From: Myxococcota bacterium
GTDB taxonomy: Bacteria > Myxococcota_A > SURF-8
DNA length: 64,000 nt
Direction: 5' to 3'
NCBI GenBank assembly: GCA_965140415.1
Contig: OZ223209.1
Location: 2,432,001 to 2,496,000 of the forward strand
The notes below the pieces were generated by a model. It searched no databases and was not told the origin of the DNA. It worked only from the letters and a program-made list of their open reading frames with translations. Shown here piece by piece: positions 10,204-20,412 of the stretch. Every line of letters begins with the position of its first letter. Within the stretch, counting starts at the first letter, position 1. The translations under genes were made by a program, and so were the position numbers.

Positions 10204-10238
10204 GCCGCGCCCGCCGTAAAAGGCGGGCGCGGTTGTTT
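10204..10238 (+). terminator. Probable rho-independent terminator
   Basis: GCCGCGCCCGCC-GTAAAA-GGCGGGCGCGGT followed by TGTTT. Confidence 0.65.
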
Positions 10239-10266
10239 GCACTCAGCTATGACAAGGAGTCTTACG

Positions 10267-11175
10267 ATGCCCAAAGCAGTGAGTACGATCATCGATTCCG
10301 ATGCCTGCATCGGTTGTGAACGCTGCATTCAAGTGTGCCCGCTGGATACGTTAAGCATGCAAAACGGAAAAGCCGTTGTCAGCGGTTCCGAATCGCTCTG
10401 GTGCGATCACTGTGTGGCGGTCTGCCCGGCCAATGCGATTCGCGTTGAAGGTTTGGATGCAGATTGGCTGAAGCTGGAAACGGTGGAAAATCACGAAAAA
10501 TGGCTGCCCTTTGGCGATTCGGATACGGGAGAACTGGTACGGCTGATGCGCTCGCGGCGTTCGTGCCGAAATTATACGGACAAGCCAGTGCCACTGGAAG
10601 TCTTGAACGATCTGGTGAAAATCGGTACCACAGCGCCTTCCGGTTCCAACTCCCAGTTATGGACCTTTACCATTTTACCGACTCGTGATACCGTAGTGAA
10701 ACTGGGGGAGCATGCACTTCGATTTTTCGAGAAGATCAACAACATGGCGGCCAAATCTAGTTTGCGGATGTATTCCAAGGTTTTCATGAAGGATGCCCTG
10801 GGCATTTACCACAGGGAATATAGCGAATTGGTAAGCAAAGCCATTGCCGATTTTAAAAGTGGCGGAAAAGATCGCATGTTTCACGGCGCGCCGGCTTTGA
10901 TTTTGGTTGGTTCCAAGGAAGGGGCAAGCTGTCCGGTGGAAGATGCCTTGCTGGCCACCCAGAATGTTCTGTTGGCGGCGCATTCGATGGGCTATGGCAC
11001 TTGTCTGATCGGCTTCGCGGTTGAAGCGGTCAAGCGAGACGCCTCGATTCGGCGCTTTTTACAGTTGAATAAAGATGAAAAAATTCATGCCGTGATCGCT
11101 TTAGGTGAGCCGAAAGAAAAGTGGGTACGCCTGACAGGTAGACGGGCAATCACGCCGCGCATCATCAACGGGTAA
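10267..11175 (+). CDS. Nitroreductase-family protein with N-terminal 2x[4Fe-4S] ferredoxin domain
   Basis: CIGCERCIQVCP and LWCDHCVAVCP; RRSCRNY, APSGSNSQLW, LAAHSMGYGTC. AAGGAG RBS. Confidence 0.92.
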   Translation: MPKAVSTIIDSDACIGCERCIQVCPLDTLSMQNGKAVVSGSESLWCDHCVAVCPANAIRVEGLDADWLKLETVENHEKWLPFGDSDTGELVRLMRSRRSCRNYTDKPVPLEVLNDLVKIGTTAPSGSNSQLWTFTILPTRDTVVKLGEHALRFFEKINNMAAKSSLRMYSKVFMKDALGIYHREYSELVSKAIADFKSGGKDRMFHGAPALILVGSKEGASCPVEDALLATQNVLLAAHSMGYGTCLIGFAVEAVKRDASIRRFLQLNKDEKIHAVIALGEPKEKWVRLTGRRAITPRIING

Positions 11176-11207
11176 GGAGTTCCGTGATCGTTTGAAGGTT
11201 GGAGAGG

Positions 11208-12161
11208 CTAGCGGGAAGGATTAGGCGAATCATCTTTACCTGATTCGAAATTTCCCGAGCCGGTAGCAGGAGTGGGTTGCCCCGATTTTCCAATCGTGGT
11301 GCTTGGATGCTTTTGAGGGAACTCCGCAGCAAGGAGAGTTTCTCTCCAATTCTGTTCGTATTCGCTCTCTGTCACGGCAAACTGGCTTCGAAAGGCTTCA
11401 CGGAAGCTCAGATCTTCGCGCATCATGGCAAGCATCTTTAGAACCTGATCCATACCTGCCTGCTCAACCAGATCTTCAAACATCCAGTGTCCGACACTGT
11501 AGACTTCGCGCGGATGCTGTTGCACCAGTTTATGGCCTTCGGAAATGGGATCGCCTGCATAATCCTCACCGAGGTAGTACTTTTGCAGGTCGTGGCGGCT
11601 CATGCGAGAATCGCCCTGATCGGCAATATAGCTAGCCATGCCTTCCCGAAACCAGAGAGGAATCGGCTTTTTATACCAGTCCTTACCTTCACCGATTGTC
11701 TGGTACATCAGCACGTGGGCAAGTTCGTGCGTTAACAGACGCTTGACGCGCGTTTGGAGCATGACTCCAGCCCAAGTGCTGGGTGCTTGCAGAAGAATGA
11801 CGTCGAAACGCGCCCAGGCCCTTAGCCAGGGATAACCGGAGCGATGAACCTGCTGCTCCAGTTCGGTATGTGTCGGTATGATCCGAATCAAAACCGGATA
11901 GCGGAACTGTCCCACCTGACCGAGATGCTGCATGATCGAGGGCAACAAGTCGCTGATCAGTTCGCTGTCCCGATGTGTTGTGGCGCTGTATTCGACGAAT
12001 ACCTTGGCCTGTTGCTTTGGGAAAAGATAAGCACGGTGGCGGTCGTAGCGGACGGTGTTCGCACAGCCGTTGAATGTCAGAAGCAGCGCCAATAAGACAG
12101 TGGCAAAGCACAAGGCAAGTAGTCGCGAAGAGGCTGAAATGTTGTACGGCTTGCTCTTCAC
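11208..12161 (-). CDS. Secreted or lipoprotein gluzincin (peptidase MA-like) zinc metallopeptidase
   Basis: Hydrophobic N-terminus ending FNGC; THELAH plus downstream PLWFREGMASY. GTG start overlaps the upstream stop. Confidence 0.75.
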   Translation of the reverse strand: MKSKPYNISASSRLLALCFATVLLALLLTFNGCANTVRYDRHRAYLFPKQQAKVFVEYSATTHRDSELISDLLPSIMQHLGQVGQFRYPVLIRIIPTHTELEQQVHRSGYPWLRAWARFDVILLQAPSTWAGVMLQTRVKRLLTHELAHVLMYQTIGEGKDWYKKPIPLWFREGMASYIADQGDSRMSRHDLQKYYLGEDYAGDPISEGHKLVQQHPREVYSVGHWMFEDLVEQAGMDQVLKMLAMMREDLSFREAFRSQFAVTESEYEQNWRETLLAAEFPQKHPSTTIGKSGQPTPATGSGNFESGKDDSPNPSR

Positions 12162-13540
12162 GGTTGTTCCCCATTCGCTTCCATATCTGTTTTAGCTGGC
12201 GCTCGTTTTTGAAGCAGATCCAGCCATTCACGATATGCCGGTTCCCATTTATAAAGGCGTACGGCAGCCTGTGCTCCTTTTATCGCCAGTTCATTTTCGC
12301 CGAGCGAATCGTAACCTTTCGACATCTTGTAAGAAATCTCAGCAAGCCACTTGCCGTAATGGCCATCGACGTTCTTCGGTGTCAGGCGCAGCACCTTTGT
12401 ATAAGCGGAAATGGCCTGTTTCCATTCCTTGCGTGAAGCATGCCAGTCGCCGTCATAAGCAGCGCTACGAGCCTGCATCCAGGGCGCGTAGTCGGGACAG
12501 GGACCGGAATGGGAGACAAGCAGATCGTAGCCTTGACTGTAAGTGATGTCCTTGTTGTTGTTCATCAGGCAATGCGTAGGCAGATCGTAGAAGTCGGGTA
12601 GTTTGAAAATGGCGTGACCCAGTTCATGTGCGATGATATAGGCGCCGACAATGTGGTTCCGCTGTGAGCGGCTGACGGTTTCCTTCGGGTTCTCTTTGAA
12701 AAATGGGATATCGGTGTCCATGCCGAAGGTGCTGCCCATGATCACCCGTTTGCCAAGAGTCGGGCGATGTTCGTTTTTATGCGAGAGACCGCCGACTTTG
12801 TTGGTAGTGAAAATGCTGTGGGGAAAGGGTTGCTCCATGTTGTCGAAGAGAATGAAGGTATTGGTCAGAACTAGGTCGTATTCTGTCTGGGTTTCCAGGG
12901 CGACCATCCAGTTCAGCAAACTGCGAACACGCTGCTTTTCCTTTCGCAGAATTGATTGGCCATTGTGTTGCAAGGACTGGATGTAGTCGATTTTGGACGT
13001 CATCTGACGGCTGATGCCGTCGAACAACTTGTCGTAACTGTCGTATTGGCTTCGTTCCTCTTCAGGAAAGAACGCCTGTAACTGTTCGATCTGCCAGTTT
13101 TTCAGAAACGCCAGGATGATGTCACGCTTGGCGCTGAAGTTGTTCTGCCCACCGGGATGAAAGCGTTTGGCCTCTATCTCGTGCAGACGTTCAGGATTAG
13201 CGGACAAGGTCTGCTGAAAAAACGTTTCGATCGATTGAACGCCGGCATCCTGAAAGCGGATGTTGTCGATCTGAAATTTGTCCTGGTACATACTGCGAGC
13301 GGTATTAAGGATTTCCTTTAAATCCTGATCCGAAATTTCCGGGAAGTCGTCGTCGATGACCCGCAGCACCGTGAGAGTCATCTGGGGGATATGTGCGAAC
13401 AAAGGCGTTTCGGTTGACTCGGAAGTTGTGGGTGCTTCCGGTGTGCTCGTTTTACAGGCAAGCAGAGACAGTACGGCAACCAATATGACGATCCATTGGG
13501 TTGCACCCTGGTGTTTCATGCTGTGAAACGGAGTAACCAT
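12158..13540 (-). CDS. Lipoprotein with HExxH zinc-peptidase motif and C-terminal TPR-like helices
   Basis: Lipobox LLAC; AHELGHAIFKLPDFYD..HCLM (metzincin-like); TPR-like WKQAISAYTKVLRLTP and AVRLYKWEP. Start may instead be at MKHQG. Confidence 0.65.
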   Translation of the reverse strand: MVTPFHSMKHQGATQWIVILVAVLSLLACKTSTPEAPTTSESTETPLFAHIPQMTLTVLRVIDDDFPEISDQDLKEILNTARSMYQDKFQIDNIRFQDAGVQSIETFFQQTLSANPERLHEIEAKRFHPGGQNNFSAKRDIILAFLKNWQIEQLQAFFPEEERSQYDSYDKLFDGISRQMTSKIDYIQSLQHNGQSILRKEKQRVRSLLNWMVALETQTEYDLVLTNTFILFDNMEQPFPHSIFTTNKVGGLSHKNEHRPTLGKRVIMGSTFGMDTDIPFFKENPKETVSRSQRNHIVGAYIIAHELGHAIFKLPDFYDLPTHCLMNNNKDITYSQGYDLLVSHSGPCPDYAPWMQARSAAYDGDWHASRKEWKQAISAYTKVLRLTPKNVDGHYGKWLAEISYKMSKGYDSLGENELAIKGAQAAVRLYKWEPAYREWLDLLQKRAPAKTDMEANGEQP

Positions 13541-13693
13541 GTCTCTGCCACGACCTCACTTCGCGTCAATCTGAAAAACATCCAAACAAATTACATCTTT
13601 TACCAGTACCATCCATCCATCGCTTTCACAAGGGCAATACACCGGTGGATTTCAGATTGTGCGATGGATAAATCCTGGGAAATATTTCGTTCT

Positions 13694-14452
13694 TCAGTCC
13701 GCCAGGCAGCGTAGGTATCCTCCGGGTGAGGCGCTGGTAAGCAACTTGTCGTTTAACTCGCGGTCCAACTCGAAGCGGGGATTTTGCTTTAAGAATTCCG
13801 TTACGGCGGTATAGGGATTGTTTCCCGGATGCCAGGGACGATTGGGAAAGGTGTCTTCGGGTAGGAATTCCACGAAGGTGTCGAAGACCATTAAATAACA
13901 TCCCTTCGTAACCAGCGGAGAATAGAACTCCAATTCTTTGAGGACGTGGTCGTGAGTGTGCATCGAATCGAGCACGACCATCACACGCGCAGAACGATCT
14001 TCCGTCATATTCTGTTCGTGCTGCCGGACGATCTCCCTAACTTGGGCGGCGGTTGCCGGATCGACGGAGGAACCTTCGATCATCGTAATATGGGGGAACA
14101 TCAGATGCTTTTCGATTTCCACCCGGTTATGAGTGCGGATGTCGATATCGACACCCACAACACGTCCGCCATTTCCCAACAGTTGCAGCATCGAAGCGTA
14201 AAAAACCATGGAGCCGCCGCGCGCGATGCCGGTTTCGATGATGATGTCAGGTCGGGTTTCCCACACAACTTCCTGCATGGCCACGATATCCGCCGGAAAC
14301 TGAATGATCGGCAGACCCATCCAGTTGAAATGGTAGCAATACTGGTGGGATAGGGCTTGATGCAGCCAGTCCGTCGACTTGCTTTTCAGTTCGTCATCCT
14401 GTCCGATGCGTCGTATGTTTTCCCGCTTTTCGCGTTCGAATTGCTCGTCCAT
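13694..14452 (-). CDS. CmcI (cephalosporin hydroxylase)-family SAM-dependent methyltransferase
   Basis: FNWMGLPIIQFPADIVAMQEVVWETRPDIIIETGIARGGS, LDSMHTHDHVLKEL, GNNPYTAV. Confidence 0.9.
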   Translation of the reverse strand: MDEQFEREKRENIRRIGQDDELKSKSTDWLHQALSHQYCYHFNWMGLPIIQFPADIVAMQEVVWETRPDIIIETGIARGGSMVFYASMLQLLGNGGRVVGVDIDIRTHNRVEIEKHLMFPHITMIEGSSVDPATAAQVREIVRQHEQNMTEDRSARVMVVLDSMHTHDHVLKELEFYSPLVTKGCYLMVFDTFVEFLPEDTFPNRPWHPGNNPYTAVTEFLKQNPRFELDRELNDKLLTSASPGGYLRCLAD

Positions 14453-14482
14453 CAAGTATGCCTTTATCCTTCTCTTTTGCGA

Positions 14483-15031
14483 TTACTTTTCTTGACCTGA
14501 TCCTGGAGTGACAAGTTTCCATTGCTTGTCTTTGTCGGAAACGATTTCGATGGGTCGCGGCCATAAAATGCCGAAGACCGGATCGTCGTAGCGCACACCG
14601 CGTGACGCCTGCTCGTTGTAAGGAACGGAAATCTGGTAAAATACTTCGCTGAAATCTTCCAAAGTCAGAAATCCGTGCGCCAACCCCTGTGGTGCATAGA
14701 GCAGACGATTGTTTTCTGCCGTCAGTTCCGTTCCGTACCAGTGGCGATAGCTTGGCGAGTCGGGGCGCAGATCCACCAGCACGTCGAAGACCGCGCCGCG
14801 CGTGCAGCGGATCAGTTTGCATTCCGCATGGGGTTCGATTTGATAATGCATCCCACGCAGGGTTCCGGCCTTCAGGTTGAATGAGGTCGAACATTGGGCG
14901 ATTTCCGGATTCAAACCGGCCTGCTCGAATTCTTCCCTACAGTAGGTGCGAGCGAAAAAGCCGCGTGAATCGCTCTGTTCTTCCAACTCGATCAGAAAAG
15001 CTCCTGCTAGATTCGTTTTTGTGAATTTCAT
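14483..15031 (-). CDS. rfbC: NDP-4-keto-6-deoxyhexose 3,5-epimerase (RmlC/RfbC family)
   Basis: DSRGFFAR, GTLRGMHYQ, KLIRCTRGAVFDV, AHGFLTL, SDKD. Confidence 0.92.
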   Translation of the reverse strand: MKFTKTNLAGAFLIELEEQSDSRGFFARTYCREEFEQAGLNPEIAQCSTSFNLKAGTLRGMHYQIEPHAECKLIRCTRGAVFDVLVDLRPDSPSYRHWYGTELTAENNRLLYAPQGLAHGFLTLEDFSEVFYQISVPYNEQASRGVRYDDPVFGILWPRPIEIVSDKDKQWKLVTPGSGQEK

Positions 15032-16287
15032 AACTGAACTCCAGTGCCATATTCAATAATGCGAGGAGTTGGAACGGGAAGGATGAAGTGTCCTCCATTT
15101 CGTAAAAACGATTCCTGCTGCCGGATGATTTCGCTTGCAAAGTTCCAGGTCAGTAGCAGGACGTAGTCGGGATTTCTGGTCTGCAATGTTTCTGGCGGAA
15201 GTATTGGTAGAGTTTGACCGGGCATGTAAAGCCCCTGCTTGTGCGGGCTTCTATCCACAACAAAATCCAACAGGTTTTCCCCGATGCCGAAGACGTTTAG
15301 TAATGTACTTCCTTTAGCCGCCGCACCGTAGGCCGCTAGCTGCTTTCCCTTCGCTTTAAGCTCTTGCAGCAGTGAGGTGAGCGTGTCTTTCAACTCCCAG
15401 ACGCCGTCGCTAAAAGCCTTGTAGCTTTGCGGCTGATCTACTCCCCATTCCGATTCTTCCAGCAGCAGTTGACGAACGCTGCGGTCGGGAACCACGTTTT
15501 TCGCATGGCCTACAACGAGCCTGAGTGATCCGCCATGAATCGGCACCTGCTCGACGCGTAGCAGTGCCAACTCGTGCGAACGGAACAGACGTTGCAAAGC
15601 GGTTAAGGAAAAGTAGCACAGGTGTTCATGGTAAATCGTGTCGAATTCCAGCCGGTCCAGCAGCGGCTTTAAATAGGGGGCTTCGATCACGGCGATGCCA
15701 TCGGGTTTCAACAGCAAACGGAAGCCTTCAACAAAGCCATTTAAATCGGCGACATGTGCCAGTACATTGTGGGCGTGAATTACATCTGCTTTCCCTAACG
15801 TCGATGATACCTGCTCGGCGACTTCTGGATTGAAAAAGGCGACCGTTGTAGGAATGCCGTGTTGCTCGATTGCGACATTGGCGACGTTCTCCGCCGGTTC
15901 AATGCCGTGCACCGGGATATTGTGTTGCTTGTAATATTGCAGCAGGTAGCCATCGTTGCTGGCGATTTCTACGACCCGGCTACTCGTGGAAAGATTTCGT
16001 TCTTCGATGATTGCGCTGGCCAATGATTTTGCATGGGCGAGCATCGTATCGGAATAAGAGGAAAAATAGGGATAGTCTGAAAATAGCATTTCAGGTGGTA
16101 CTGTTTCGCTGATTTGTACTAAGCTACAAGCAGGGCAGAGCAGCAGGCGCAATGGATAGATCGCTTCCTGCTGTGAGAGTTCCTTTTCGCTGCGCAACGC
16201 ATTGGCTAACGGCGTTTCTCCCAAGTCCAGAATTTCAACGAGATCCCTATGGCCGCAAGCTCGGCAATGGGTGATTTCCGGACTCAT
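15028..16287 (-). CDS. NDP-hexose C3-methyltransferase (Zn-finger, SAM and C-methyltransferase domains)
   Basis: [53 protein letters not shown] overlaps with both neighbours. Confidence 0.92.
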   Translation of the reverse strand: MSPEITHCRACGHRDLVEILDLGETPLANALRSEKELSQQEAIYPLRLLLCPACSLVQISETVPPEMLFSDYPYFSSYSDTMLAHAKSLASAIIEERNLSTSSRVVEIASNDGYLLQYYKQHNIPVHGIEPAENVANVAIEQHGIPTTVAFFNPEVAEQVSSTLGKADVIHAHNVLAHVADLNGFVEGFRLLLKPDGIAVIEAPYLKPLLDRLEFDTIYHEHLCYFSLTALQRLFRSHELALLRVEQVPIHGGSLRLVVGHAKNVVPDRSVRQLLLEESEWGVDQPQSYKAFSDGVWELKDTLTSLLQELKAKGKQLAAYGAAAKGSTLLNVFGIGENLLDFVVDRSPHKQGLYMPGQTLPILPPETLQTRNPDYVLLLTWNFASEIIRQQESFLRNGGHFILPVPTPRIIEYGTGVQL

Positions 16288-17279
16288 GATTGCTCCTCGA
16301 AATAGCGCCGGTACCACGCAATCGTTTGCATGAGTCCTTCCTTCATTGAGAAATCCGAACTCCAGCCCAGTAACTCATGAGCTTTTTTGGCGCTGAGATA
16401 TTGTTCTTTTATTTCATGACTGGCTTGATTTTGCACGACCGCTTGCAGATTCGAATCCATCGCCTGCAAAACGGCATCCACAACTTGTAGGACCGTCATT
16501 GGCGTTTCTGTAGAGAAATTGAAGGCTTCGCCGATTAACGAACGGTTTTCGGCCAGTTTTTCCGCCAATGTCATATAGGCGCGAGCGCCATCTTCAATGT
16601 AGAAATAATCGCGAACGAAAAGACCGTCCGAGCGAACGATCGGAGAGTCTCCGCGAAGCACCGAGCGAATGGTGCCGGGGATGATCCGATTCCAGTTCAA
16701 ATCGCCGCCACCGTAGAAATTGCCGCAGCGGGTGATGGCAACCGGTAGTTCGTAGGTTTTAGCGTAACTTTGTGCAAGTAGATCCGCACAGGATTTGCTG
16801 ACGTCATAAGGGTAACGCCCGATCAGCGGTGCGTTTTCGGTGTAGGGCAATTCGGATTGGTCCCCATAGGCTTTGTCGGAAGAAGCCAGAACAATCTGCT
16901 TGACGGCAGGGCTTCTGCGGGCGGCTTCCAGCACCGTCCATGTTCCCCTAATGTTTGAATCCAGTGTGGAAATCGGATTGCGAGACGCAACCTGCACCGT
17001 GGTTTGCGCAGCCAAATGGAAAACCGTATCGATTTCGTATTCTCCAAGTGCGCGTTCCATCAATTCCTGATCTCGGATGTCCCCATAGACCGCTCGTACC
17101 CGATTAAGGTTTCCTGTTCGTAACAGATCCGCCTGGGGTACGTGATCGCGCAGCAGGCAAACTACATCCGCTTGGTGTTTGAGTAGTTCCGTTACCAACC
17201 AGCTTCCAAGTAAGCCGGTGGCGCCGGTGACGAAAACCGGGCGATCTTGCCAGAAGGGATTCAACTCCATAGTTTCCAT
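16284..17279 (-). CDS. rfbG: CDP-glucose 4,6-dehydratase-like extended SDR
   Basis: [38 protein letters not shown]; directly follows rfbF. Confidence 0.8.
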   Translation of the reverse strand: METMELNPFWQDRPVFVTGATGLLGSWLVTELLKHQADVVCLLRDHVPQADLLRTGNLNRVRAVYGDIRDQELMERALGEYEIDTVFHLAAQTTVQVASRNPISTLDSNIRGTWTVLEAARRSPAVKQIVLASSDKAYGDQSELPYTENAPLIGRYPYDVSKSCADLLAQSYAKTYELPVAITRCGNFYGGGDLNWNRIIPGTIRSVLRGDSPIVRSDGLFVRDYFYIEDGARAYMTLAEKLAENRSLIGEAFNFSTETPMTVLQVVDAVLQAMDSNLQAVVQNQASHEIKEQYLSAKKAHELLGWSSDFSMKEGLMQTIAWYRRYFEEQS

Positions 17280-18031
17280 TCGGGATTTCCCTTTTGCCAG
17301 AGTGATTCAAGATAACGTTTGTCGCGCAAAGTGTCCATGCATTGCCAGAAGCCGTCGTGACGGTAGGCTGCTAGCTTTCCTTGTTTAGAAAGGATCGTCA
17401 GTGCTCCGCGCTCCAGGCTGTCCATCTCACCGTTGATCAGATCCAAGGCCTCCGGATTCAACACCATATAACCGCCATTGATCCAGCCTTCGCCGATTTG
17501 CGGTTTTTCCTCGAACACGGAGACCAGATCGCCGTCGAGCGACAAGCCACCGAAGCGGGAAGGGGGGCGAACTGCGCTGATGGTGGCTGTAGCCCCGTTT
17601 TGTTTATGGAAATTCGATAGTGCTCGCAGATCGATGGTGCTGACGCCGTCTCCGTAAGTGAGGAAGAAGGGCTCGTCTTTCAGATGCTCTTTCAGTCGCA
17701 ATACTCGGCCACCGGTTTGGGTCGGTTGGCCGGTGTCATGCAGATGGATCGTCCAATTCTCACGATGAGGAGTGATGCGAGTCAAGTCGCCCTGCTTGAG
17801 ATCGATGGTCAGATCGCCGGAAAGGTGCATCATGTCCATGAAATAGCGCTTGATGATTTCACCTTTATAACCCAGAGCGATGTGAAACTCGTCAAATCCG
17901 AAGTGGGCGTAATGTTTCATGATATGCCAGAGAATCGGATATCCGCCGATTTCCACCATGGGTTTGGGGCGAATTTCGGTTTCTTCTGTCAATCGAGTTC
18001 CGAGACCGCCAGCCAGTATCACGACTTTCAT
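17261..18031 (-). CDS. rfbF: Glucose-1-phosphate cytidylyltransferase
   Basis: [49 protein letters not shown]. Confidence 0.94.
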   Translation of the reverse strand: MKVVILAGGLGTRLTEETEIRPKPMVEIGGYPILWHIMKHYAHFGFDEFHIALGYKGEIIKRYFMDMMHLSGDLTIDLKQGDLTRITPHRENWTIHLHDTGQPTQTGGRVLRLKEHLKDEPFFLTYGDGVSTIDLRALSNFHKQNGATATISAVRPPSRFGGLSLDGDLVSVFEEKPQIGEGWINGGYMVLNPEALDLINGEMDSLERGALTILSKQGKLAAYRHDGFWQCMDTLRDKRYLESLWQKGNPEWKLWS

Positions 18032-18341
18032 ATTGATGTCCCATTGCATATACTGGAAAAACAACATATTTTCCAAGCATTATAGCGTATTGGAAAGGTA
18101 GGGACAAGTGAATATATTGAGTGCCTCTCTACACAGAACGAAATTCAGGATTCAAAATGGAAATGACTGTTAGAAATCCAACACAAACTGAAGGTGTTTT
18201 TCCTCTTTTCAAATGTATTTTTAAGCCCCTTTCCTTTACACTAAAGTGACTTCAAACTAGAATGAAGCGAAAGCACGTTATGCATTATGTAAATGACAGT
18301 TATTGATATCAAGTCTTGTTTCTTTGTTGGAAAGGCAGTTG

Positions 18342-18956
18342 ATGGATCTCGATATTCAAACCTTGCAGGATAAGCTGAAACAACAGACGCATTCGGAATT
18401 GGAACCTCAGTGGAAAAAGTCGATGGTTGCCTCTGCTGTATTGGCTCCGCTGTTTGTAAAAGACGGTAAACCGCATTTGTTGTTTACCAAGCGGACGGAC
18501 TTGGTCAAGCATCATAAAGGGCAGATCAGTTTTCCCGGGGGACGCAGAGATCCGGAAGATGTCTCCATGTTGGATTGTGCGTTGCGGGAAACCAACGAAG
18601 AAATCGGAGTGCCGCCGGAACAGGTTACGATATTGGGACGTTTGGATGAGCAACCCGTAATAACCAATTATCGAATCGCGCCCTTTGTGGGTCGAATTCC
18701 TTACCCATACGATTTTGAATTGAGTGCATCTGAAATCGATCGATTGATCATCGTTGCTGTAGAAGACTTTTTCAATCCGGATGTGTATCGTCTGGAAATA
18801 CGAAACTTTATGAATCAAGCCTTTCCGATTCATTTCTATGATGTGGCCGGAGAAACGATATGGGGGGCGACGGGACGGATTTTGACAAATCTGTTAATGG
18901 TGGGTTTTGATTATACTCCACCGGCTTACAAGCAGTATCTCGCTAAAACCACATAA
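18342..18956 (+). CDS. Nudix hydrolase, CoA pyrophosphatase (NudL/PCD1-like)
   Basis: LLFTKR..HKGQISFPGG..ALRETNEEIG Nudix box; IWGATGRIL. Confidence 0.92.
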   Translation: MDLDIQTLQDKLKQQTHSELEPQWKKSMVASAVLAPLFVKDGKPHLLFTKRTDLVKHHKGQISFPGGRRDPEDVSMLDCALRETNEEIGVPPEQVTILGRLDEQPVITNYRIAPFVGRIPYPYDFELSASEIDRLIIVAVEDFFNPDVYRLEIRNFMNQAFPIHFYDVAGETIWGATGRILTNLLMVGFDYTPPAYKQYLAKTT

Positions 18957-19015
18957 AACGATATCCCAAAACTGTGCAGATCGCTTTCGTATCACAGCAG
19001 GTTGAGTGAAGAATT

Positions 19016-20152
19016 TTACTCTACTAGGGGAGATTCTTTGACGGAACTGGAAAGAATCGTGGTGTCACGGGTTTCTTTGGCTTGATACAGGGCTTTATCG
19101 GCGGCTTGAATCAAGCTGTCACTATCGTGGATGTCCGGATTGGGAAAGTCTGCGACCCCCATGCTGACGGAGATGAAAATATCATCCGGCAGGTAGGTAA
19201 ACTGGAATGCTTTGACTTTCTCTCTTAGGCGTTCACAGAAAATGTAGGCGTGTCCTTCGCGAATCGATGGCAGCAGGATAATGAATTCCTCTCCGCCGGT
19301 TCGTGCCACCACATCGACCTGCCGCACTGACCCTCGCAGGATTCCGGCCAATTCGTACAGAACCATATCTCCGGCGAGATGGCCGTATGTGTCGTTGATT
19401 CTCTTGAACCAATCGATGTCCAGCAGCACCAGCGAGAAGGGCTGGCCGTAGCGGATCGAACGCTGGATTTCTTCGCTAAGTCTTTTGAACAAGTAGCGGC
19501 GATTGTAGAGCTTCGTCAATTCGTCGGTGATGGACATTTCTTCAAGAATGCGACTGCGTTGCCGCACCTCTTCCATTCTGTCGGCCATCTTCATTTCGAG
19601 AGAACGATTATATTCTTCGATGATTTCCTGAGATTTCTCCAAAGAGGAAATCAGTCGACGCGTTTCTGTCATGTCGCGACCGATTCCTACGATTCCCACA
19701 ATGTTGCCGTCTTCATTTTGAATGGGAGACCCGGAGAAACTTATTGGGATTGGATCGTTGTTGCGGTTTTTGTAGTTCAACTCATAGTTGTACAGGGAGT
19801 TGTCATCAACGATGGAATTGATGATAAAACGTTCTATTTCTCGATGGGTGTCGGTGTCTTCTTGAGTGTTTTCATTGGTCAGTACGAAATCGGATAGATG
19901 ATGACCAATGATTTCGTCTGGTGCAAAGCCTGTCGTTAGCTGGAATACGCGGTTTGCGCCTTGAACGATTCCTTTGAGATCGATAATCAATGCACATTCG
20001 GGCAGAGACTGAAAAATTTGATTGTAGTTCTTGACTGGGGATTCATCCGCAGAAATGGGTGTCCCCTCCGCACTACCCAAATTAATCGTTGGAGGAAGAG
20101 AATCCGGACCCAGCCGAATGTCACTTTCTTTGGGCTTGTCAGTGTTTGCCAT
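19016..20152 (-). CDS. PAS-coiled-coil-GGDEF diguanylate cyclase
   Basis: PAS/PAC (GIVGIGRDMTE), DELTKLYNRR, DIDWFKRINDTYGH, RQVD I-site and GGEEF. Start uncertain. Confidence 0.92.
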   Translation of the reverse strand: MANTDKPKESDIRLGPDSLPPTINLGSAEGTPISADESPVKNYNQIFQSLPECALIIDLKGIVQGANRVFQLTTGFAPDEIIGHHLSDFVLTNENTQEDTDTHREIERFIINSIVDDNSLYNYELNYKNRNNDPIPISFSGSPIQNEDGNIVGIVGIGRDMTETRRLISSLEKSQEIIEEYNRSLEMKMADRMEEVRQRSRILEEMSITDELTKLYNRRYLFKRLSEEIQRSIRYGQPFSLVLLDIDWFKRINDTYGHLAGDMVLYELAGILRGSVRQVDVVARTGGEEFIILLPSIREGHAYIFCERLREKVKAFQFTYLPDDIFISVSMGVADFPNPDIHDSDSLIQAADKALYQAKETRDTTILSSSVKESPLVE

Positions 20153-20412
20153 CGTCTTTGTGCATTCTTCCGTGAAGCTTTTTGTCGATTCCAACCGTTT
20201 CCTGGGTTGATTTAAAACGGACTTACATTATCATGTCGATATGGAAAACACAATAAGAATTCGGCAGTCACCGACATCCAAAAAAAATTGACTTCGGGAA
20301 TAAATCTTGATACTAAGCTGTTTCTTCAACCGAGTGCGGGCAATCTATTCAAGGCCCATGTATAGTATGGCAGATAAGTACTTGTTAACAATAGTGAATT
20401 GAGAGGGTTATC

